From IMG/VR virus record IMGVR_UViG_3300014970_000027: a stretch of 4,248 nt of DNA. One strand, 5' to 3'. The stretch is from a virus. Lineage: Duplodnaviria > Heunggongvirae > Uroviricota > Caudoviricetes. The stretch's first letter is position 1; every line of letters starts with the position of its first letter. Positions 1 through 4,248 of this stretch are shown here, piece by piece. Under the pieces are notes generated by a model that was not told the DNA's origin, made no database searches, and saw only the letters and a list, made by a program, of their open reading frames with translations. Both the position numbers and the translations under genes were made by a program.

Positions 1-164
1 ACGCAAAAGTTTATGTTGAAGGCGCATGGAATCGGGTTACGAATAAAAAAGGTAATACTTCACTTTATGATCACAATAATAACACTTCAGACTACAGCAA
101 AAATGGAGCAGGTATAGAAAACTATAACTTCATCACTACTGCTGGTCTTAAGTACACATTTTAA
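1..164 (+). CDS. ompT: Outer-membrane protease OmpT (omptin), 3' end only; 5' part lies outside the window
   Basis: The + frame that begins at position 3 is open from the window edge to a TAA stop at 162..164. It translates to AKVYVEGAWNRVTNKKGNTSLYDHNNNTSDYSKNGAGIENYNFITTAGLKYTF*, which I recognise as the C-terminus of E. coli OmpT. It is convergent with appY, as I recall for the E. coli K-12 locus. Confidence 0.85.
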   Translation, partial: AKVYVEGAWNRVTNKKGNTSLYDHNNNTSDYSKNGAGIENYNFITTAGLKYTF

Positions 165-182
165 GAACGCCAACTAAAATTT

Positions 183-207
183 CCCCGAGGTGAAAATCGC
201 CCCGGGG
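183..207. terminator. GC-rich hairpin in the ompT/appY convergent intergenic region; candidate (possibly bidirectional) terminator
   Basis: CCCCGAGG (183..190) pairs with CCCCGGGG (200..207) as an 8-bp stem with one mismatch, around a 9-nt loop. It lies 19 nt after the ompT stop. There is no clean T-tract on the + strand; a short T-run (AAATTTTAG) follows on the - strand. Confidence 0.35.
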
Positions 208-538
208 AATAACTAGCCATTTCAATGTAACAATTAACCCTTAAAATAAACCCAGAAGGTTATTAACTAAATCACATAGAAAACCGGTAATGCTGTCAAC
301 TTGTTGATAACTATTTTAATCTGTAGTCATTCAATCCTTGTAACATCAGGATAATCCTAGTGTCAGTGAAAATACGAAATCAACAAGTTGGTATCATTAC
401 CTAGAAAACCATCAATTATAGTATGTATAAAATAGGCGACAGCAACCCAATTACAAATTAATGGTTCCAGAATATCACATCAGAAAAAACGCTGTATAAT
501 ATTATAATTAACATGTAGACAACTTGTAATAAACATTA

Positions 539-1288
539 TCAGTCAATTGTTTTGTTTATTCCATCTGTGACGCCGATTATTTTCTCAAAATAATGAGATG
601 GCGTGACACCATAATAATTTTTAAATGCACATATGAAATATGAAGTACTGTTATAGCCACATTTCTGGGCTACGACATTGATAGAATAAGAATTTGAAGT
701 TATGAGTTTTTTTGCATACCTCATCCTAGTATCTCTCAATATTTCAGTAAATGACGTTCCTTCATCCCTTAATCTTTTTTTTATTAAACTTTCACTCGTA
801 TAAATCAATTCCGCAATATCTTTTAAATGCCATTGCCGCTCAATATTAAAACTGATTATTCCAGTAATTTTACAGGTGAATGTATTTATATTTGTTAGTA
901 TAAAAGAATTTACACTTTCGCGTTTTTTGAACATGGCAAGTAAGGATATACATAGTCTTTCTTTTAACCAAAGGGAGTGTGAGTCTGCTATTTTAATCCC
1001 TTCAAACAGAGAAAAAACAAGCGATAATGGAGGTTCCTCTTCAGCAATATAGCCATTCTTATCAAGAGTAAATTTGCCAGGCAGCTCATTATTCACGTCG
1101 ATAAAAAAGGATAAACATGTTTTCTTATCTATATCAACAATTCTTAGTTTAGAGGGGCATACTGGTAACTCCCTTCTAATTTTGTCGCTTACAATAAACA
1201 ATGAATTTTTTTTGAACGAGATAACTCTCCTGTTTATAATTAAATCAAATGATTGACAGATGAAAACTACGGAGCAAACATAATCCAT
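539..1288 (-). CDS. appY: AraC-family transcriptional activator AppY (249 aa)
   Basis: Complete ORF from ATG at 1288..1286 to its stop, preceded by an AGGTGCAGG Shine-Dalgarno-like sequence. The translation begins [27 protein letters not shown], which I recognise as E. coli AppY. The C-terminal ~100 aa has the typical AraC/XylS double helix-turn-helix region (...[40 protein letters not shown]...[23 protein letters not shown]). The gene is AT-rich (about 32% GC in a hand-counted 60-nt sample at 601..660). Confidence 0.9.
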   Translation of the reverse strand: MDYVCSVVFICQSFDLIINRRVISFKKNSLFIVSDKIRRELPVCPSKLRIVDIDKKTCLSFFIDVNNELPGKFTLDKNGYIAEEEPPLSLVFSLFEGIKIADSHSLWLKERLCISLLAMFKKRESVNSFILTNINTFTCKITGIISFNIERQWHLKDIAELIYTSESLIKKRLRDEGTSFTEILRDTRMRYAKKLITSNSYSINVVAQKCGYNSTSYFICAFKNYYGVTPSHYFEKIIGVTDGINKTID

Positions 1289-1860
1289 CCTGCACCTATC
1301 ATAAAATTAAAACAAGTTGATAGCAGTCAAATAACAACCAATTAAATACACAATCATAATCAGGATGATGTGCATTTATATTTTTATACACAAAATTATA
1401 GTTTGCAAATTTTAATAAATTTCATTTAAGATTAAATTATTATATGTATATTCTTTTTTATTCTAACGTATTTCAAAGTTACATTTTTCAACGCTTACTA
1501 TACTTTTTATTAACATAAACTCACTACAACGCACCTGAAACCTCTTGCTATATATATGTCAACCGTTTGAATTTAAAATAAAAAGAGTATCATTTTTACT
1601 TGCATTTCTTATCAAGTCACATTCAACAACAGTAAAAAAACATTATTAGAACCATTCAATTAACAAAAAACCAACATCCAGCTTGCTTAATTTTTCTTTA
1701 TTAAACGATATTGAAAATCAATTGATAAAATACATCTAAACAACCTTTTGGGGCGCAAAAGCATAACATCAAACAAACAAATAACACACCGAAAAAACTC
1801 ACAATTAATAACCTATGATATACATACTGTTTATTATGGTTGAATAAGCCACTCGATATC
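1289..1860 (-). promoter_or_regulatory. Extremely AT-rich, ORF-free upstream/leader region of appY; presumed promoter and nucleoid-protein (H-NS-type) silencing region
   Basis: The six-frame track shows no ORF of 60 aa or more on either strand. A hand-counted 60-nt sample at 1381..1440 is about 12% GC. The region sits directly 5' of the appY start on the - strand. Exact -35/-10 elements were not assigned. Confidence 0.5.
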
Positions 1861-1913
1861 TGGTGCTACGGAAGTGTCCACACGGTTTAGCAGCACCCGA
1901 TACTTTTTCCAGG

Positions 1914-1923
1914 NNNNNNNNNN
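1914..1923. other. Run of 10 ambiguous bases (N); assembly gap or masked sequence
   Basis: Literal nnnnnnnnnn in the sequence, located in the intergenic region 50 nt downstream (on the - strand) of the 97-aa gene stop. Confidence 0.99.
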
Positions 1924-1972
1924 AAGAAAAATTTAGTTTTCTTCCTCCGTTGCATATACAGCTCACCTTTTT

Positions 1973-2266
1973 TCACCCACGATTAACCAACAGCCAGACC
2001 AGCAGACACGCCACCACCGGCACAGCAAAATCCATCAGGCTTGCCACATCCCATGCACGTGTATCAAAACCGCCCCACCACGGCATATTCATTCGCTTGC
2101 CATGCCCGAACATTTCGATCCAGCGATATTCTGCCTGGGTGTGTTCACGCGCAATGAAGAACGTACAACCGGCTATCGCCCCGTAAGCCCAGTTTCCGGT
2201 AAAAAGACCAACCAGTACCTGCGCAGCCACAGCACAAAGTGCATGAAGGAAAGGTGTTATATCCAT
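1973..2266 (-). CDS. Small predicted multi-pass membrane protein (97 aa), unknown function; last gene of the tail-fibre operon
   Basis: ATG at 2266..2264 is preceded by a strong Shine-Dalgarno sequence (AAGGAGG, complement of 2271..2276) with a 4-nt spacer, 10 nt after the stop of the upstream 234-aa gene. The translation has two long hydrophobic stretches (about residues 9-38, ALCAVAAQVLVGLFTGNWAYGAIAGCTFFIA, and about 75-93, LMDFAVPVVACLLVWLLV) separated by a charged, aromatic-rich loop (REHTQAEYRWIEMFGHGKRMNMPWWGGFDTRAWD). No lipobox was found. Confidence 0.6.
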   Translation of the reverse strand: MDITPFLHALCAVAAQVLVGLFTGNWAYGAIAGCTFFIAREHTQAEYRWIEMFGHGKRMNMPWWGGFDTRAWDVASLMDFAVPVVACLLVWLLVNRG

Positions 2267-2270
2267 TACG

Positions 2271-2276
2271 CCTCCT
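2271..2276 (-). promoter_or_regulatory. Shine-Dalgarno sequence (AGGAGG) for the 97-aa membrane protein gene
   Basis: The - strand reads TAA-AGGAGG-CGTA-ATG; this is a perfect consensus ribosome-binding site at optimal spacing. Confidence 0.65.
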
Positions 2277-2981
2277 TTATCCGATATCGCTTCGGGAAGT
2301 TAATAACAACTTTAATTCTGACTCAAGTTCATCAACTCTTTCAGTCAGTTTCTGGATATGGTGAATCAGTGGAACAACCAGACGTTCGTACATTACACCT
2401 TCGGCAACAAGGCCATTGCTGGAAATAGCTTCAGGAGCATCATCTTCGTTAGCTGGTCGCCAGTGTACAAACTGAGGGGCAATTTCTCCTACTTCCTCGG
2501 CAATCAATCCGTAGAACCCCCAGTCACGCCTGTCATTTTCGCATTGCGACCTGTACCACACAGGGCGCATCCTGAAAATGACATCGGCGTGCTCTGAATC
2601 TATCGTCTCTACTGAATGTTTATAGCGAATAGACGATGTTGACCGCAGTACAGACGAAATTGCAGGGTCAGGATTAAGATAAAGGTTTGCCGCCGCTGTA
2701 GTCGTGCCCAATCCCCACAAATAAAACGCTTCACGGCCAGTCAACGGGTAAAAATCTCCACCATAACGACCGCTTTCCAGATCGTTCACTTCCAGTTTGT
2801 TTTTCAGCTTATTATCAACTTCAGTTTTTGTGTATCTGGTACTGATATCCTGCTTTGCACTGGTCATATCAGTCTGAAGCGTTGATACTTTTCCGTTAAT
2901 TGAGGAAATATCTTCCTTAGTTTTACTGACATCTCCCTTTAGCGTGGTGATATCTCCTGGAATTACTGTCGATGTAGCCAT
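2277..2981 (-). CDS. 234-aa protein: N-terminal coiled-coil region plus C-terminal intramolecular-chaperone-like domain (peptidase S74 / 'chaperone of endosialidase' type); probable short fibre or fibre-tip protein
   Basis: ATG at 2981..2979 with a GAGGGAG Shine-Dalgarno sequence immediately upstream, overlapping the stop of the 93-aa gene. Residues ~10-70 are heptad-like and rich in K/E/D/S/T (DITTLKGDVSKTKEDISSINGKVSTLQTDMTSAKQDISTRYTKTEVDNKLKNKLEVNDLES). Residues 116-234 carry the motifs I associate with the self-cleaving C-terminal chaperone domain of phage tail fibres/tailspikes: S-x-x-R-x-K (S116-S-I-R119-Y-K121, nt 2619..2636), then PVWY, GFYGLIAEEVGEIAPQFV, and YERLVVPLIHHIQKLTERVDELESELKLL. 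Confidence 0.7.
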   Translation of the reverse strand: MATSTVIPGDITTLKGDVSKTKEDISSINGKVSTLQTDMTSAKQDISTRYTKTEVDNKLKNKLEVNDLESGRYGGDFYPLTGREAFYLWGLGTTTAAANLYLNPDPAISSVLRSTSSIRYKHSVETIDSEHADVIFRMRPVWYRSQCENDRRDWGFYGLIAEEVGEIAPQFVHWRPANEDDAPEAISSNGLVAEGVMYERLVVPLIHHIQKLTERVDELESELKLLLTSRSDIG

Positions 2982-2985
2982 TTGT

Positions 2986-2992
2986 CTCCCTC
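2986..2992 (-). promoter_or_regulatory. Shine-Dalgarno sequence for the 234-aa gene, overlapping the stop codon of the 93-aa gene
   Basis: The - strand reads TGAGGGAGACAA-ATG, a 9-nt intergenic spacer. Confidence 0.55.
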
Positions 2993-3272
2993 ACATCCAG
3001 CCACGAAGTTGATGCTCAACAACAACCGCGTATTTATCGAATATTGACGATTTTTTTGCATCATTAATGATGCGCACGTTTACAAAATATCCGTCTTCCT
3101 TAACACATACCGGTTCGCCATCTTCAGTCAGTTCTCCGGTTTCTTTGTACACGTTACCTATCACGTCAATAAGAATATCATCCTGCATCGACTCGTCATC
3201 ATAATAGCCAATACTCTCCATAAAGGCCGAAAAGTCGGCCCTGTCTGCAAATTTGAGTGTTAAATCTTTCAT
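2991..3272 (-). CDS. Small acidic hypothetical protein (93 aa), translationally coupled between the tail-fibre gene and the 234-aa gene
   Basis: Its ATG (3272..3270) overlaps the TGA stop of the tail-fibre gene (3271..3269) in an ATGA arrangement. A GGGGGAG Shine-Dalgarno sequence lies 8 nt upstream (complement of 3281..3287). The translation MKDLTLKFADRADFSAFMESIGYYDDESMQDDILIDVIGNVYKETGELTEDGEPVCVKEDGYFVNVRIINDAKKSSIFDKYAVVVEHQLRGWM is strongly acidic and has no hydrophobic segment. I recognise no family. Confidence 0.6.
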   Translation of the reverse strand: MKDLTLKFADRADFSAFMESIGYYDDESMQDDILIDVIGNVYKETGELTEDGEPVCVKEDGYFVNVRIINDAKKSSIFDKYAVVVEHQLRGWM

Positions 3273-4248
3273 TTAATACTCTCCCCCATTTGCGCATCAG
3301 TTAATTCTTTATGCCAGATACGCAGATTACGGATATGACCAAAAAGATGATACTCCCCATTAGTGCCCTGCCCTCCAATTCGCAATACTGCCCGTGGAAC
3401 AATTGAAGTCCATGTTGTTTTTGCCGCAACAGATAATTCACCATTACATACGGCCTGAACATCTCCATCAGCGCCACAACGGAAGCCTGAAATGATTTTC
3501 CTCTGGGTTGTTGCCACATATTTATTACACCCTCCCATAGAAATAAAAGGAGAACCGGCATCAGAGAAATTATTACCACGGAATCCATGCGTGAACAGAC
3601 CATTTTCCTGATAATCTTTAACATTAAAGATTAATGGTGATTTGCTGGGAGGGATATCCCAGTTTTTATTAACTTCAACAAGAGCACTGAATGGTAATCG
3701 GTGAATATTGTTTCTTACAGGTATTGTCACCATGTCGCTGGAGCGAGTGCCAGGAGCCCCTTCAGTAATGATAAATGACGTCCTGTACGACCCAATCTCC
3801 GCCTGAGGCATCGCAATATCTAACGTAGAGCCATTGGGGATAATACTGATTCCAGGCATCGCCAGGATTTCAAATCTTGAGCTGATTATCATTTCCGCAT
3901 CTGCAAAAAGAGTGGCGGTAAACAACCACCATTCACCGACTCTTTCTGCCGTCACCGTCACATTATTTCCATGAACAACATTTCCCGTAACAGGATCCAG
4001 AGCTGCATCTGAATGAAAAACAAACGCACCATTATCAGACATTTTTCCGAACCTTGCACGACACCGGGAATTATCACTTTTCGTCAGACACGATATCGTC
4101 GTATAAGAACCTGCCGGGCAGGTGTAAGCATCATTCGTGTTTACAGCAATTGCCTGATATCCTTGTGCTGTCGGATTTTCATTAATAACAGTTATCCTTC
4201 CATAGTTAAACCCCTTATCACTGTCGAACGACTCAACAGACACACTAA
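3269..4248 (-). CDS. Phage tail-fibre / host-specificity protein, C-terminal region with lectin-like (LamG/concanavalin-A-like) distal domain; 5' end probably outside the window
   Basis: The reading frame is open to the window edge; the first in-window candidate start is a GTG at 4243..4241, so the gene is probably longer. Stop is TGA at 3271..3269. The C-terminal sequence ...RIGGQGTNGEYHLFGHIRNLRIWHKELTDAQM resembles the terminal signature of LamG_3-type jelly-roll domains (F-x-G-x-I-D-E-V-R-I-Y-N-R-A-L-S-x-x-E-I). The translation is rich in G/S/T/N and beta-strand-like. About 52% GC in a hand-counted sample at 2401..2460 of the same module. Confidence 0.7.
   Translation of the reverse strand, partial: SVSVESFDSDKGFNYGRITVINENPTAQGYQAIAVNTNDAYTCPAGSYTTISCLTKSDNSRCRARFGKMSDNGAFVFHSDAALDPVTGNVVHGNNVTVTAERVGEWWLFTATLFADAEMIISSRFEILAMPGISIIPNGSTLDIAMPQAEIGSYRTSFIITEGAPGTRSSDMVTIPVRNNIHRLPFSALVEVNKNWDIPPSKSPLIFNVKDYQENGLFTHGFRGNNFSDAGSPFISMGGCNKYVATTQRKIISGFRCGADGDVQAVCNGELSVAAKTTWTSIVPRAVLRIGGQGTNGEYHLFGHIRNLRIWHKELTDAQMGESIK

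Noticed and set aside
1074-1256. 60-aa + strand ORF
   Set aside because: Antisense within appY; an AT-rich shadow ORF with no start context.
1745-1761. Short palindrome CTTTTG-GGGCG-CAAAAG
   Set aside because: A 6-bp AT-rich stem is expected by chance in sequence this AT-rich; there is no flanking context suggesting a terminator or operator.
1862-1909. Hairpin-plus-T-run on the + strand (GGTGCT...AGCACC followed by TTTTT)
   Set aside because: Only a 6-bp stem with a ~24-nt loop, and there is no + strand gene upstream for it to terminate. The intrinsic terminator of the - strand operon, if present, is probably obscured by the N-run.
1863-2186. 107-aa + strand ORF
   Set aside because: It spans the N-run (contains X residues), lies antisense to the well-supported 97-aa membrane protein gene, has no ribosome-binding site, and has low-complexity P/S/T/H-rich composition typical of an antisense shadow ORF.
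2102-2428. 108-aa + strand ORF
   Set aside because: Antisense to, and overlapping, the 97-aa and 234-aa - strand genes, which have ribosome-binding sites and recognisable domain motifs; no supporting signal of its own.
2358-2597. 79-aa + strand ORF
   Set aside because: Lies entirely inside the 234-aa gene on the opposite strand; shadow ORF.
2277-3272. Possibility that the 93-aa or 234-aa ORF is a Tfa-type tail-fibre assembly chaperone
   Set aside because: Neither translation shows the conserved Tfa C-terminal region as I recall it. The 234-aa protein instead carries the S-x-x-R-x-K intramolecular-chaperone signature.
3301-3624. 107-aa - strand ORF in an alternative frame
   Set aside because: Nested out of frame within the tail-fibre CDS on the same strand; no independent ribosome-binding site, and the fibre frame is the one with coherent protein-like sequence to the window edge.
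1-4248. CRISPR arrays, tRNA/rRNA genes, IS elements or integrase
   Set aside because: No regularly spaced direct repeats, no cloverleaf-like or rRNA-like GC-rich structured segments, and no transposase- or integrase-like ORF were found on either strand.

Overview
This window looks like an Escherichia/Shigella-type chromosomal segment with two parts. Left part (1..~1860, very AT-rich): the 3' end of ompT on the + strand (1..164), a convergent intact AraC-family regulator gene appY on the - strand (539..1288), and a ~570 bp ORF-free, extremely AT-rich appY upstream region. Right part (~1860..4248, roughly 50% GC): the distal end of a prophage tail-fibre module on the - strand, four tightly packed genes. 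These are a 5'-truncated tail-fibre gene with a lectin-like (LamG/concanavalin-like) C-terminal tip (3269..4248), a 93-aa acidic protein (2991..3272), a 234-aa protein with an N-terminal coiled coil and a C-terminal domain resembling the self-cleaving intramolecular chaperone of tail fibres/endosialidases (2277..2981), and a 97-aa predicted membrane protein (1973..2266). No canonical Tfa-type assembly chaperone is evident. A run of 10 N (1914..1923) sits at the compositional boundary between the two parts. No rRNA, tRNA, CRISPR array or transposase was recognised. All protein identifications rest on reading the translations and on recalled family motifs; no database search was possible.
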